Positions 16,780 through 26,585 of a stretch of 51,550 bases of DNA are shown in pieces. The notes under the pieces were generated by a model. The model was not told the origin of the DNA, made no database searches, and saw only the letters and a list, made by a program, of their open reading frames with translations. The stretch comes from a virus (lineage: Duplodnaviria > Caudoviricetes). The position numbers were made by a program, and so were the translations under genes. The DNA is taken from positions 1 to 51,550 of IMG/VR virus record IMGVR_UViG_3300027798_000056, one strand, 5' to 3'. Position 1 is the stretch's first letter. Each line of letters starts with the position of its first letter.

Positions 16780-19142
16780 TGGTTAATAAAGTTGAGGAAA
16801 TCAGCAATGCGTTCATCGAATTCAGTCTGCGTTATATACAGTCCTGTTTCCAAAAAAACATAATACTTTGAGTTTTTAATCTTGTTGCAGATGTCCAAAG
16901 TAGCTTGGTGGTCTGGGAGACTATCAATGTCTCGCTCAGTAGTGGTAACGGCACTAGACCTTCTGTTTCTCTTTAGGTACTCCCAAAGTTCAATGTAAGT
17001 CTTGTCTTCCTGTTCTGTAATGAACGGAAGATTAAACATATCGCAAGCGACAGAGGATTTAAGCACGTAATCAAAGATACGTTCTGTGAAACGGTATTTG
17101 AGTAGTGTTTTTCTTGCAGTCATGTGCTGCAAAATAATGTCAGATTCTGTGATGTAAGTAACCACATCGTCAGTGACATACTCCACACCATTTTTAATTC
17201 CTTTCTCACTGTAACGATCATATTGATCTTGAGTTTTGGCAACACCAGCAACATCACCATAAAGATTCATGATGCTATTGGACATACCAGCAAATGACGC
17301 AAGGTCATTACTTCTGCGTTGTCCATCTGTGTTGGTACACAGGAACATACATTCAGCAGTGCTGATACGTTTAGCCTCTTCGCTGTACAAAGTGTCAGCG
17401 TCGAAAGCACCACGTTTAGCTGCAGCAGACAGTGCAATCAAGCCTTGTTGACGTGTGCCTCCAGTCATTCGTATAACTGGTGCAACAACGTCTGGTGCCT
17501 CTCCTGCCAATGGTTTGGTCAGGTCAATGACCTGATAACCTTCAGCAGTAAAGAAATCAACAGCAGCTTGAACTTTTCCTGCTACACGAGGAACGTGATA
17601 AAACAAAACATCCCGTTTGTCGTTTCCTTTCAGTGTGCCTTCCTTTTGGATACGGTAATCTACTTCCTTACGGACGTAATGGATCACTACATAAGGGCGT
17701 GCATGTCTTGCAGCATTTTGCCAATCACACAAATACAGCGATGCATCCTTTGTTTTCACAGGGGTGCAACCGTTATAGGTGGTGAAAAACAAACGAGAAA
17801 GATTTAACTCAGGATTGAGTTTCATCTTCCGCAGCAATGGATTCACAATGTGTTGAGCAACCCATGTAGTTTGTTGGTTCAAATCACTTTCGTCAGTCTG
17901 TTGAATTGTGCGAAACAAGGAATGTGCTTTACCTCTGGCAAACAATTTCAGATCGTCTGCTGCTTTGATTCGCAACAGAACATCTTTCTTGTTCAGGCCA
18001 TAAGTATGCTGATGTGAACGCACAGCACGACGATACATTTTGTATTCAGTAATCAGCATCTTGGATTGTTGCCAAGCATCCAAGTTAAATGAGTGTTGAT
18101 TCAGTTTGGCACTGAAGTTCATTAACTCATCTGGTTTAGCCTTAGTAATACTTTCCTTGAGCAGAATATTCTCCAAGTGTTCATCTTTTTGGCTCATGTA
18201 GGTGATGAAGGCTTGCATCAACTTGTTGACCGTATTGATGGTGTGCTCTTGCATAGACAGAGCTTCACGGCTTGGTGTCACACTGATACTGTGTGGTGGG
18301 GCCATCAGTACCAGCGTACTGGTGCCACTACCATAATGGTGTGTTCTGGGCAGCTTCTCAATAATGTTGACAAGTGTCTTGTAACCAACCAGATCAGCAT
18401 GTTGTGTCAGCGGATAAATCACATTGCCATAGCGAACACAAATACTGTCGCCAGTCTTTTCTTCGTGCATTGGGCTACGTGACAGGATCACAAAACCATT
18501 CTTGGCTTCGCTGTATGGTGTTGTCTTTACTGGTTCTCCGTTGATTTCAGCATTCATTTCACCATTGCGAATGATCAACTGAAACAACTTGAGAAAACGG
18601 GGCATGTCTTCACGTTTAATGTTGATGGATACTTCCAATCCAGTTTCTTCCGTGGGGAAAGAAGTGATTGGAATAATTGCAGGCTTGCCACCAACTTGAG
18701 CAGATGATTTGCTCATGCTGTAAATGGTCTTGGTTCCTGCATGGTTTGAAATCACTTGGAAGTGATCGGTGTATGCAAAGGGAGCTTTGCAACCGAGGCC
18801 GAAACCACCAGTTTGCAGACCATCATTCTTCTTGGTGCTGGCACCATAGATGCCGTAGATTGGTCCCATGAGGTCATGGTGAATACCCTGCCCAAAATCC
18901 CGGATCACAACTTTGGTGCTGTCCACAGTGATTTGGATAGGTTTGTCGGTACGCTCTGATTCCACATGAGCATCCCATGCGTTGCAGGTAGTCTCACGAA
19001 CAACAGCAAGCAGTTGGTCTGAATACAGGGTACTGGACAGAATCTGGAAGAATTCAGCACTATTGCTGATGCCCATATCAATCTGGGCTGTACCACTGAT
19101 CACGGCATGGGTTATAAAGTTATTTTCATGAGTTACTTGCAT
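16776..19142 (-). CDS. rIIA: rIIA-like protein (GHKL/HSP90-type ATPase N-terminus)
   Basis: LSSTLYSD, RETTCNAWDAH, RDFGQG, GGFGLGCKAPFAYTD, PSREAL. Confidence 0.88.
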   Translation of the reverse strand: MQVTHENNFITHAVISGTAQIDMGISNSAEFFQILSSTLYSDQLLAVVRETTCNAWDAHVESERTDKPIQITVDSTKVVIRDFGQGIHHDLMGPIYGIYGASTKKNDGLQTGGFGLGCKAPFAYTDHFQVISNHAGTKTIYSMSKSSAQVGGKPAIIPITSFPTEETGLEVSINIKREDMPRFLKLFQLIIRNGEMNAEINGEPVKTTPYSEAKNGFVILSRSPMHEEKTGDSICVRYGNVIYPLTQHADLVGYKTLVNIIEKLPRTHHYGSGTSTLVLMAPPHSISVTPSREALSMQEHTINTVNKLMQAFITYMSQKDEHLENILLKESITKAKPDELMNFSAKLNQHSFNLDAWQQSKMLITEYKMYRRAVRSHQHTYGLNKKDVLLRIKAADDLKLFARGKAHSLFRTIQQTDESDLNQQTTWVAQHIVNPLLRKMKLNPELNLSRLFFTTYNGCTPVKTKDASLYLCDWQNAARHARPYVVIHYVRKEVDYRIQKEGTLKGNDKRDVLFYHVPRVAGKVQAAVDFFTAEGYQVIDLTKPLAGEAPDVVAPVIRMTGGTRQQGLIALSAAAKRGAFDADTLYSEEAKRISTAECMFLCTNTDGQRRSNDLASFAGMSNSIMNLYGDVAGVAKTQDQYDRYSEKGIKNGVEYVTDDVVTYITESDIILQHMTARKTLLKYRFTERIFDYVLKSSVACDMFNLPFITEQEDKTYIELWEYLKRNRRSSAVTTTERDIDSLPDHQATLDICNKIKNSKYYVFLETGLYITQTEFDERIADFLNFINQ

Positions 19143-19152
19143 TTTTAATACT

Positions 19153-19641
19153 TTAAAAGTTTAATTTGTGTGGGAGATTATTTGCCTTAACGTAAGCATC
19201 TCTTATGTACACTGCCTCTAGTTCAGTTTTGTATGAACCAAGGTGATAATACTTACCTTTGTAATTTAAATAGGCTTTCCATAATTCTCTGTTTCGTCCA
19301 ACACCTATATACTTATTAAGTGCTTTAGGTCTTTTTCTTTTATTGCAGGCTTGCACTGTAGTATCTGCCCAGATGCAATTAGCAGATGAATAATTGTCAT
19401 TTACATTATTACGCTCAATAGACAAATGTTCTGCATATCCGTTAGATAATGCCCAGTTCTTAAAATGAATGTAATGATCCCACTCATGAGTAACTTGAAT
19501 ACCTCGACCACCATAGTCACAGTATCCTGTTGCTTTGGGATTGCTACAGCGTTGTCGGATGCCACGCCAGATGTTGTATAAGCGTGTGGTTTTGCCCATA
19601 GCATCACCATGCACAGGTGTCCTTGACATTGGATACTCCAA
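19153..19641 (-). CDS. HNH-type homing endonuclease with AP2 domain
   Basis: RLYNIW..IRQRC...YGGRGI...SIER.NVNDNY...NC.WA; C-terminal WKA...YHLGSY.TELEA...RD; AT-rich. Confidence 0.8.
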   Translation of the reverse strand: MEYPMSRTPVHGDAMGKTTRLYNIWRGIRQRCSNPKATGYCDYGGRGIQVTHEWDHYIHFKNWALSNGYAEHLSIERNNVNDNYSSANCIWADTTVQACNKRKRPKALNKYIGVGRNRELWKAYLNYKGKYYHLGSYKTELEAVYIRDAYVKANNLPHKLNF

Positions 19642-19649
19642 GGAATAGG

Positions 19650-19672
19650 AAAAGCCACCTTACTGGTGGCTT
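19650..19672 (-). terminator. Terminator after thyX
   Basis: Minus strand GCCACC-AGTAA-GGTGGC-TTTT. Confidence 0.6.
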
Positions 19673-19704
19673 GTGAGTTACTGAACCAAAACAAAAATTA
19701 CAGG

Positions 19705-20547
19705 CTACAGCAGATTGTTCTCTACAAGCTTACGGAATTGAATCCACCCAGTAAAATTACCTCGCAGGTAAGCATATTCTGGGGAATTATCTGGTGTAGC
19801 CTGATGTTCAATTGGGGAAGCATGTGCTGGTTTCATAGTAATCAGACGATCATAAAGAGCTAAGTCTTTGTCAATATCTGGTTCCTGTCCATCATGTGTC
19901 AGGTATGAAACTCTGGCACAACGGGCGGCTGATATTTTACGTAAGACATTACTATCCAAGTTCATTGCTCGTACATCACTGCGATCAATGTCTGTGACGT
20001 AAGGTAGATGCCACTCACCATCCCTCAGAAGCGTGGGGACAGAATTATTCATTGCTGTTTTTATTTGCAAAGCTAACTCATGAATTTCTGGCTGTGCATC
20101 TGGATGAATACGCAACTCAAAGAAATTATTCCACTCGGTAGCTGTCACGATGACATGTATCCATTGAAAGGGTTCAAGAATTCTATTAGCAATTTGTTTA
20201 TGCAAAGTAATATCTTTATTTTGCATTTCATCGGCACAGTCGGCTGCATATTGAGCAGCCATCAACCACAATTCTTTTGCTCGTTCCAATGCTTTACCTG
20301 TTAATTCTTCACCTGCTTGCATACCGGGTTTATTACTACCCCAATGAATCGGCATCGCGGGGTTGGTACGTACTTGTTCAATCATTTTGGCTACTGGAAT
20401 AGCCCGTGAGCTTGAAGCATTACGGGAAAATGCCCGGTGCGTCATCAATTCACTATGAAAAAACCGTTGGTACTTTAGTTGTAGTGTTGTGAGCCTTACA
20501 CCAGCTTCACTAGTAGAATCTTCAATTATTTTTGCTGAGATTGTCAT
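19705..20547 (-). CDS. thyX: FAD-dependent thymidylate synthase
   Basis: ELMTHRAFSRNASSSRAIP, FFELR..DAQPEI, ARCARVSY, HASPIEH; likely start MTISAK at 20547. Confidence 0.9.
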   Translation of the reverse strand: MTISAKIIEDSTSEAGVRLTTLQLKYQRFFHSELMTHRAFSRNASSSRAIPVAKMIEQVRTNPAMPIHWGSNKPGMQAGEELTGKALERAKELWLMAAQYAADCADEMQNKDITLHKQIANRILEPFQWIHVIVTATEWNNFFELRIHPDAQPEIHELALQIKTAMNNSVPTLLRDGEWHLPYVTDIDRSDVRAMNLDSNVLRKISAARCARVSYLTHDGQEPDIDKDLALYDRLITMKPAHASPIEHQATPDNSPEYAYLRGNFTGWIQFRKLVENNLL

Positions 20548-21172
20548 TTTGCATCCTTTTAATAAAATCTTCTTCACTCATGTCTTTTTTACTGGAGTTA
20601 CAGGACCAGCAAGCCATTACTAAATTACCTGCTGTATGTGTGCCTCCTTTACTGAGAGCTATACGGTGATCAACTGTCTTTTTATTTTTTACTACTTCTT
20701 CTACACAATAAAAACAATATGTCTGTTCAAGAAGTTCTTTTAAAAATTTATCAGTAACGCTACCATCTGCAGTTACTTTTTTAAAAGTATGTCGTTCAAA
20801 ATTGTTAAGTCTATGTGCAACTTTATAGCGTTCAGGGTGCCTTGCTCTGTATGCTGCAGTTGTTTCTTTTGCAGCGCCTCTTTGTCTTGCTTTTAGGGCT
20901 AGACAAGGTTTGCAATAAGCTGATAGTCCCCTAAGTCCTCGTGGTGTAGGTGAAAAATCAGACAGTGCTTTCATGGAATTACAGCACAAACACAATTTCT
21001 GATTGTCTTCTATTTTTGACAACTTCTTTACTGGTATACCAATGCGTTCACGTCTTAATCTTTCAGATGCCGTTTTGCATAGTCGGCATTGCCCGTTGGG
21101 TTTGCCTTTGTAAAGCTGAAAAAGACTTATGTCTTGTTCTTGTTTACATTTTGAACATGCTTTAGTTTGCAT
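20522..21172 (-). CDS. HNH endonuclease with N-terminal CxxC zinc modules
   Basis: CFYC...TVDHRIALSKGGTHTAGNLVMACWSCNSSK. Confidence 0.88.
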   Translation of the reverse strand: MQTKACSKCKQEQDISLFQLYKGKPNGQCRLCKTASERLRRERIGIPVKKLSKIEDNQKLCLCCNSMKALSDFSPTPRGLRGLSAYCKPCLALKARQRGAAKETTAAYRARHPERYKVAHRLNNFERHTFKKVTADGSVTDKFLKELLEQTYCFYCVEEVVKNKKTVDHRIALSKGGTHTAGNLVMACWSCNSSKKDMSEEDFIKRMQNDNLSKNN

Positions 21173-21234
21173 ACTTACTTTCCTTGTAAAAGCTTAGTGT
21201 AACTTCTACATGTATGAAAGTCAAGTAAGCATGT

Positions 21235-21675
21235 TTAAATTTCAACTGTTTCAGACCACAGTCTTGTTTGCAAGTGTGGGGGTAAATCGGAGATTCTGCT
21301 TTTAATGGCAGAACGATCATCTCTGCGACCATCACTGAAGTGGTGCACAGTGCGTACAAACTTCTTATCCTTGGGAAGAATAACAAGAGTACCTTTGCTT
21401 GTGTATTTGATTACCGCATTTGGTGGGAGTACTTTCAATCGAGTAATGATACAAGCAAGGGGTATCTCAGCATAAGCTGTGTTGATGGGAATCTTGAGAG
21501 CACTAGCTACTGCCAAGATCACGTAGTCATAACACTTAAACAACTTAGTCATTTGAGTGAGACTCATGAACGGAGCATTAGCAATGAACAAGTCTACTTG
21601 ATCAGATTTCTTAATGAAGTCAGCTACATACTGCTCTGCAGTGATATAGCTTGGAGCAGATGTAGTGGTGTTCAT
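21235..21675 (-). CDS. Hypothetical protein
   Basis: ATGA overlap with the upstream gene. Confidence 0.65.
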   Translation of the reverse strand: MNTTTSAPSYITAEQYVADFIKKSDQVDLFIANAPFMSLTQMTKLFKCYDYVILAVASALKIPINTAYAEIPLACIITRLKVLPPNAVIKYTSKGTLVILPKDKKFVRTVHHFSDGRRDDRSAIKSRISDLPPHLQTRLWSETVEI

Positions 21676-21938
21676 GCGTATATCTTTGTCAGGGTAATGT
21701 GCATTTCCATCGGAGTTTGTCCTGTCAAGGCAAACACTTGTAGTGCTTCAAGCATTAAAGCAGCATGGGCTTCTGCTTGTTTGTAGTTAACTTGAGTTGT
21801 GTCCTTTCTGTTGTAAATACCGGGAGCGAACTTACCAATGACAGCTTGACCATCACCACGGATACCAACAATATTGGTTGTAGTTAGGTCAAGTTTGTAT
21901 GGTCCAGCGTGGATCAGTTGTTTGTTTTCTTGGTTCAT
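21672..21938 (-). CDS. Hypothetical protein
   Basis: ATGA overlaps on both sides. Confidence 0.65.
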   Translation of the reverse strand: MNQENKQLIHAGPYKLDLTTTNIVGIRGDGQAVIGKFAPGIYNRKDTTQVNYKQAEAHAALMLEALQVFALTGQTPMEMHITLTKIYA

Positions 21939-22393
21939 GGTCCGATTATGTCATCGGACATAGCAGTATCTTTGAAAAGACCTACGTGGTTCACAACAAA
22001 ACCTTGGCGTTCCAAGATTCGTACCATCACTGCATCTTTAGGTGCAAGTGCAGTACCAGCAAGGATGCCGACAGCACCCATAGTTTTAGCTACGTGTTCC
22101 AGTGCGGCTATCACATCTGAAAACTTTCCGGGACCATCGAACAGTTTGAAGATCAACTTCTCTTCGATGAGCGTACTGTCAGTGAACCAAGGCTTCACAA
22201 CAGAGAACAGCACAGCATAAGTCTCTTCAACAATCATTGTGTGAATGTGAGGATGCTTATTCTTGGCAACTTTTTCAATCAGAGCAGGGTTGATCAGATT
22301 CACCCACTGCTTGCCAGCACGTTCCCATGACCGCTGCTTGATATACAAGTCAATTTGTGGGTAATCTGCTTCATTGATAGGACGAATATTCAT
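21935..22393 (-). CDS. GNAT-like (acetyltransferase-fold) protein
   Basis: MNIRPINEAD start; PWF...L.E; A.TMGAVGILAGTALA...R..ERQGF. Confidence 0.5.
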   Translation of the reverse strand: MNIRPINEADYPQIDLYIKQRSWERAGKQWVNLINPALIEKVAKNKHPHIHTMIVEETYAVLFSVVKPWFTDSTLIEEKLIFKLFDGPGKFSDVIAALEHVAKTMGAVGILAGTALAPKDAVMVRILERQGFVVNHVGLFKDTAMSDDIIGP

Positions 22394-23511
22394 AGGTCTA
22401 TATACACAGGCGTACCAAAAGGTACTGGGGTTTTAATTTTGCCAACAACAATCCAGATGACTGGAATATTGAAAGGCAATGCAGCCATAGGAGAGCAGCC
22501 TAGATCAGTAAAGATCACAGCAGCAGTGGGCTTACTTTCAATAATGTGCTCACGCACATAATATAAGGAAGTCCCTCCATTGGTATCGTAGATGGCATCA
22601 GTAAATGGCTCATTTTCCAATATGACATTTTCCTCCACAATTTCCGTGTTGAATAGAATTTGAAGCATTTCTTCAGGGCGATAAGTATCTTTGACATATT
22701 TGAATTCAGAGTTGAATCGCAGAATGTCTTTCTTGGTTACAGAACCAGACACGTCAAGATAATAGTTCAGCTTGGTAAGCCTGCCTTCATCTTTGTAGCG
22801 TGTTGGTAGATACATGTCTGGGTAGCGACGTTTAGGTTTACGCCATGTGAATCTGCTTTCTGCCAAGTCCTGAAAGAACTTTTGCAATAGATTCTGCCAA
22901 GGAACCAAGGGATTAAGATACTCAGCAAGATACCGAGTTACTTCACCGGGAATACTCCCCGGCATACCTGCTTGGTTTGCAGCTTCAACTGCACGTACCA
23001 CAATGGGCACATCAGAAGCTTCGTCAGCTTCATCTGAAGGTGGCATGTCATTCATGGATGGAGCATCTGGCAATTCAAAATCGTCAGCGTTCAGGAGGTC
23101 ATAAACCTCTTCTTCACACTTACCGAAGTAGCGTTTGTCCAGCAGGATGCTAATACCACCAACGTCAGCTTCAGTACAGGCATAGCCTTCTTTGAACAGC
23201 CATTCGTTGATGATGTAATCACAGGCATGATTCCAGCGTTGATGCTCACGGTTATTCCTGCGTACACGATGCAGACGGGCAATGTGCCAGAGTTCGTGCA
23301 TCAGAACAAACACACGTCCTTTGGGTGTGCAGCGTTCAAAGAACTCTGGATTCCATCGAATGATTTTGCTACCTACACAGGCCGTATCAATACGGCCATC
23401 AAACATGATGTCCAGACTGCACATCACACTGCCCAGTAATGCTGCAGTAGAACCAAGAAAAATAGTGATCTTGGTTTTGTCCAGTGCTTTCTCCATCTCA
23501 GCTAGATTCAT
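22390..23511 (-). CDS. Metallopeptidase-vWA protein (N4 gp25-like)
   Basis: HELWH zincin motif, WNHACD, DVSGS MIDAS, GGT, IFTD. Confidence 0.88.
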   Translation of the reverse strand: MNLAEMEKALDKTKITIFLGSTAALLGSVMCSLDIMFDGRIDTACVGSKIIRWNPEFFERCTPKGRVFVLMHELWHIARLHRVRRNNREHQRWNHACDYIINEWLFKEGYACTEADVGGISILLDKRYFGKCEEEVYDLLNADDFELPDAPSMNDMPPSDEADEASDVPIVVRAVEAANQAGMPGSIPGEVTRYLAEYLNPLVPWQNLLQKFFQDLAESRFTWRKPKRRYPDMYLPTRYKDEGRLTKLNYYLDVSGSVTKKDILRFNSEFKYVKDTYRPEEMLQILFNTEIVEENVILENEPFTDAIYDTNGGTSLYYVREHIIESKPTAAVIFTDLGCSPMAALPFNIPVIWIVVGKIKTPVPFGTPVYIDL

Positions 23512-23522
23512 TTGGAACCTCT

Positions 23523-23768
23523 TTATTCAATAGGAATTAATTTTGCTTCAGTACTGTGGCCAATTGGGATATTTGATCCTTGCCATAAATTACAGTAGGA
23601 TAAATACACCCAACAAGTAAAACTGGTTCCATCGTTAAGTTGGGTAGTTTCTTTCTTGTAGTAAAGCTGTGGGGTAATACCATCATTCATTACTATGTAA
23701 TGAGTAGCAGCAAATTTAGCTTTAGCTTCTGATGGTGTCATTCCCTTTGGCTCATTTTCTGGCTCCAT
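23523..23768 (-). CDS. Hypothetical protein
   Basis: TAATG coupling to the AAA gene. Confidence 0.6.
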   Translation of the reverse strand: MEPENEPKGMTPSEAKAKFAATHYIVMNDGITPQLYYKKETTQLNDGTSFTCWVYLSYCNLWQGSNIPIGHSTEAKLIPIE

Positions 23769-24823
23769 TACATGTACTCCTGAAGAGTCAGCAATGCAGC
23801 AGAGAACACAGGTTCACGGCGAAGATTGGGGAAGCGTCCCAGTGCCATTCGATAGAACAGCACACGCAACGACACATCGAATTGATTGGCAAAGTTGGCC
23901 AAGCGTCCAATGTCTTCTTTCTTGCTTGGTTCCAGATGTGAAGCCATCATGGAGATAGTTGCCCATCGCAAATCAAGACCAGCAGGGACCAGTGCATTGC
24001 CTGCCAGAATGTCAGCCATTGAAGGTAATTGATCATAGACAGCAGTGAACTGTACAAACTCTACGGCTACACCAGCAGAGATGGTGCCTGCAAATGCAGG
24101 AGTCAAAGCAGGGTCAAGTTTCTTGTCGTCACCACAGACTTTGAGCAGTTTGTCTGTGAATTCCCATGTACGGGGACAGCAGAACGTCTTGTCATTGTGA
24201 TTGGGATCAAAGTTCATCAAGTTGTCTTGATGACGCGACAAGTAAGCAATGACACGGTGGTCGTAATTATTGGCAATAGCCACATCCTGCAGCCACTCTT
24301 TGAAGTCAGTAGTGAGTTCAAAGTGAACCATACGTGACTGCATGGCAGTATTCAGTTCAGTAACGATAGCCCGATCAGTGATCAGATTACCTGCACAAAC
24401 AATCTGCACATTGGGATGCAAGTTGTACTGGCCTACTTTACGGTCAAGCACCAGTTTATAGGCTGCTTTCTGAATGTCTCTGTCAGCAGAGTTGAACTCG
24501 TCCAAGAACAACAGCCATCCGTCATAGCCTTCAGGTATTTTGGACAGTCCCTCAATAGGGAACAGTCCTGTGAATGGGGCGAAGTGAGCTTCACCATTGA
24601 CGAAGTGAGGCAAGCCACTCAAGTCAGTTGGGTCACTGGTGGACAGACGATGGTCAATCAGTTTGAGATTGCCTGCCTTGGCCAACTGGTGCACGATTGC
24701 AGATTTACCCGTACCGGGTGAACCAGAGATGAAAGGGACCAGCCCTGCCGTGAGAGTCATGGCAACGAGCCATGTAAGTTTACGTGGTGTGACACGCATT
24801 GCTGATGTAAGACTGTTGCTCAT
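23768..24823 (-). CDS. MoxR-like AAA+ ATPase (N4 gp24-like)
   Basis: GSPGTGKS, LFLDEFN, AGN, SRM, PRTW. Confidence 0.88.
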   Translation of the reverse strand: MSNSLTSAMRVTPRKLTWLVAMTLTAGLVPFISGSPGTGKSAIVHQLAKAGNLKLIDHRLSTSDPTDLSGLPHFVNGEAHFAPFTGLFPIEGLSKIPEGYDGWLLFLDEFNSADRDIQKAAYKLVLDRKVGQYNLHPNVQIVCAGNLITDRAIVTELNTAMQSRMVHFELTTDFKEWLQDVAIANNYDHRVIAYLSRHQDNLMNFDPNHNDKTFCCPRTWEFTDKLLKVCGDDKKLDPALTPAFAGTISAGVAVEFVQFTAVYDQLPSMADILAGNALVPAGLDLRWATISMMASHLEPSKKEDIGRLANFANQFDVSLRVLFYRMALGRFPNLRREPVFSAALLTLQEYM

Positions 24824-24832
24824 GATTTCTTT

Positions 24833-25114
24833 CTAGGAATGGAATCCGTATTTCTTGGATTGTTTGTTAAAGACAGCACCCAATACAAAAGCAGGTGCAT
24901 CACCTTCACTGTTGGCTTTTGCACGATAGCAGGCTGTAAATTCAGCCTCTTTGTGGTTGGTGATATAAATATCAACAAAAGGATAGGCGTAGCCCCAAGT
25001 AGAAAGATAGCCAATAGCTTTTTCAAGCGCATTGTCTTCACAACCTAAAGCATAAAGAACTCCGGCCAAGGCTTCAAAATCGTCTTGTTCAAAGTTGAGA
25101 TTAACTTGTCTCAT
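24833..25114 (-). CDS. Hypothetical protein
   Basis: GGGGG RBS-like element; fills the operon gap. Confidence 0.6.
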   Translation of the reverse strand: MRQVNLNFEQDDFEALAGVLYALGCEDNALEKAIGYLSTWGYAYPFVDIYITNHKEAEFTACYRAKANSEGDAPAFVLGAVFNKQSKKYGFHS

Positions 25115-25172
25115 GATTATTTCCCCCGACGAAAGAGTATTTCGATCCAGTAATTAATACGTTGGAGCCATT

Positions 25173-25523
25173 TCATATTCTTTCCTTGGTTCTGGCGTCA
25201 CGACGCCGTTGGTTAGTAAGATGCGTCACCAGATCAAGGTGAGCAGGGTTGCAGCACAGACGCTGATTGCACAGGTGATCTACTTGCTTTTTACCGGGGA
25301 TAAAACCAAAGTAGTGTGTATAGGTAACGATGTGGACAGCTACTGTTTGGCCATCCAAACTCATGCGTCCATAGCCACCACCACGGCCAGTACCTGACGT
25401 TGGGCCTGTCCACAGGTGACAGGGTGAGGCTGACCCATCAAGAATAAAGCCCGTGTCCACAATGGAACAACGGGCTTCTATTTTGGAGATGATGGTTAAT
25501 CGTCTATTCTCTTGGGGGTGCAT
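25173..25523 (-). CDS. HNH endonuclease (N4 gp22-like)
   Basis: CHLWTG...GYG...VH...VDHLCNQRLCCNPAHL..VT...N; likely start MHPQEN at 25523. Confidence 0.82.
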   Translation of the reverse strand: MHPQENRRLTIISKIEARCSIVDTGFILDGSASPCHLWTGPTSGTGRGGGYGRMSLDGQTVAVHIVTYTHYFGFIPGKKQVDHLCNQRLCCNPAHLDLVTHLTNQRRRDARTKERI

Positions 25524-25719
25524 TAGTAGAGTTCCCAAATTGGGAGACACATTGTTTACAACGCTGAAGCCACCCATCTTTGTCATGAAGTGGTTCATTT
25601 TGGAACAACATGCAGACAGGTTTTGTTCCAAAGCCCATTGCACCTTGCCAACGGCAAAAGACACCGGGACTTACAGCACAGGTTTTTTCACCGTGTTCAA
25701 AAGTTATTGTGCTGATCAT
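25504..25719 (-). CDS. Small Cys-rich hypothetical protein
   Basis: ATGA overlap; several Cys including RCKQC. Confidence 0.55.
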   Translation of the reverse strand: MISTITFEHGEKTCAVSPGVFCRWQGAMGFGTKPVCMLFQNEPLHDKDGWLQRCKQCVSQFGNSTNAPPRE

Positions 25720-25988
25720 TTTTTTGCTTTCATTGCTAGTTTCAAAGCAGCACTAAAAGTGTAGCCCAGATAACCAGAACCATTAGCAGAGAATCCACTA
25801 ACAATATCTTTGTTGTATTGGCTTGGTTGCCAACTCCATTTAGTAGAGTTACTAAGCAACCATTCAAATTTCTTTGCATCAGCTTTATACTTATTACGCT
25901 CACAGATTAATGTATTGATTTCAACATTTAATTGATCTGTGAATCGTGATTTAGGCAAGCATTTGAGAAGTGTGTCTAAATTACTCAT
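25716..25988 (-). CDS. Hypothetical protein
   Basis: Start MSNLD overlaps the upstream stop. Confidence 0.55.
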   Translation of the reverse strand: MSNLDTLLKCLPKSRFTDQLNVEINTLICERNKYKADAKKFEWLLSNSTKWSWQPSQYNKDIVSGFSANGSGYLGYTFSAALKLAMKAKK

Positions 25989-26149
25989 ACTTTTCCAGCG
26001 ACCCAGATAATGAACCAAATCCAGAAGACAAAAGCCAGTACACAGCCTGCAATATACCCAAAGGTATAGATGCTGTCATTTACTTTTATTACTTCTGGTT
26101 CAGGCTTACTCTTTTTTAATTCCAAGTAAGCTTTGTCCCATTCAGTCAT
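25985..26149 (-). CDS. Small membrane protein
   Basis: MTEWDK... with C-terminal hydrophobic helix. Confidence 0.5.
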   Translation of the reverse strand: MTEWDKAYLELKKSKPEPEVIKVNDSIYTFGYIAGCVLAFVFWIWFIIWVAGKV

Positions 26150-26378
26150 CTTGTGCGTCCTCCAGTATTTCAGCCTCAATGCGTTGACGATCTTCATCTG
26201 TCATTTTCCTTTCAAGCCAAGGAGCAGGACGCCCATTGCGATCACATACTGTGAACTCGACATCAGGATACTCTGCTTCATGACAGAACTCTGGTGGCGC
26301 ATCAATCTTGGCAGGTACATATTTGCCTCGTATCGTGTAGTCCACGGTACAAGGAATTCCAGCGATACGTGTTTCCAT
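26142..26378 (-). CDS. Hypothetical phage protein
   Basis: GGAG RBS; IAGIPC...VCDRNGRPAPWLERKMT. Confidence 0.7.
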   Translation of the reverse strand: METRIAGIPCTVDYTIRGKYVPAKIDAPPEFCHEAEYPDVEFTVCDRNGRPAPWLERKMTDEDRQRIEAEILEDAQDD

Positions 26379-26381
26379 GAT

Positions 26382-26585
26382 TCACTCCGTACTACCCCAG
26401 TAAGGTTTGCGTTCACCTGTGTGATCCAAACTGGGTTGTTTGAAAGCATCCATTGAACCGGGACGCAAAGGTACTGTCCCATTGTGTTTGCTTGGTTCAT
26501 AGACTTCTTTGGGTGGGCCATAGCTACTCACACCCACACCTGTATGGGCATGGCCGTAGCTGGTTTGTTGTCGATCAGCACTCAC
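26382..26585 (-). CDS. Hypothetical protein
   Basis: GTGA overlap with the ligase stop; LRPGSMDAFKQPS. Confidence 0.5.
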   Translation of the reverse strand: MSADRQQTSYGHAHTGVGVSSYGPPKEVYEPSKHNGTVPLRPGSMDAFKQPSLDHTGERKPYWGSTE

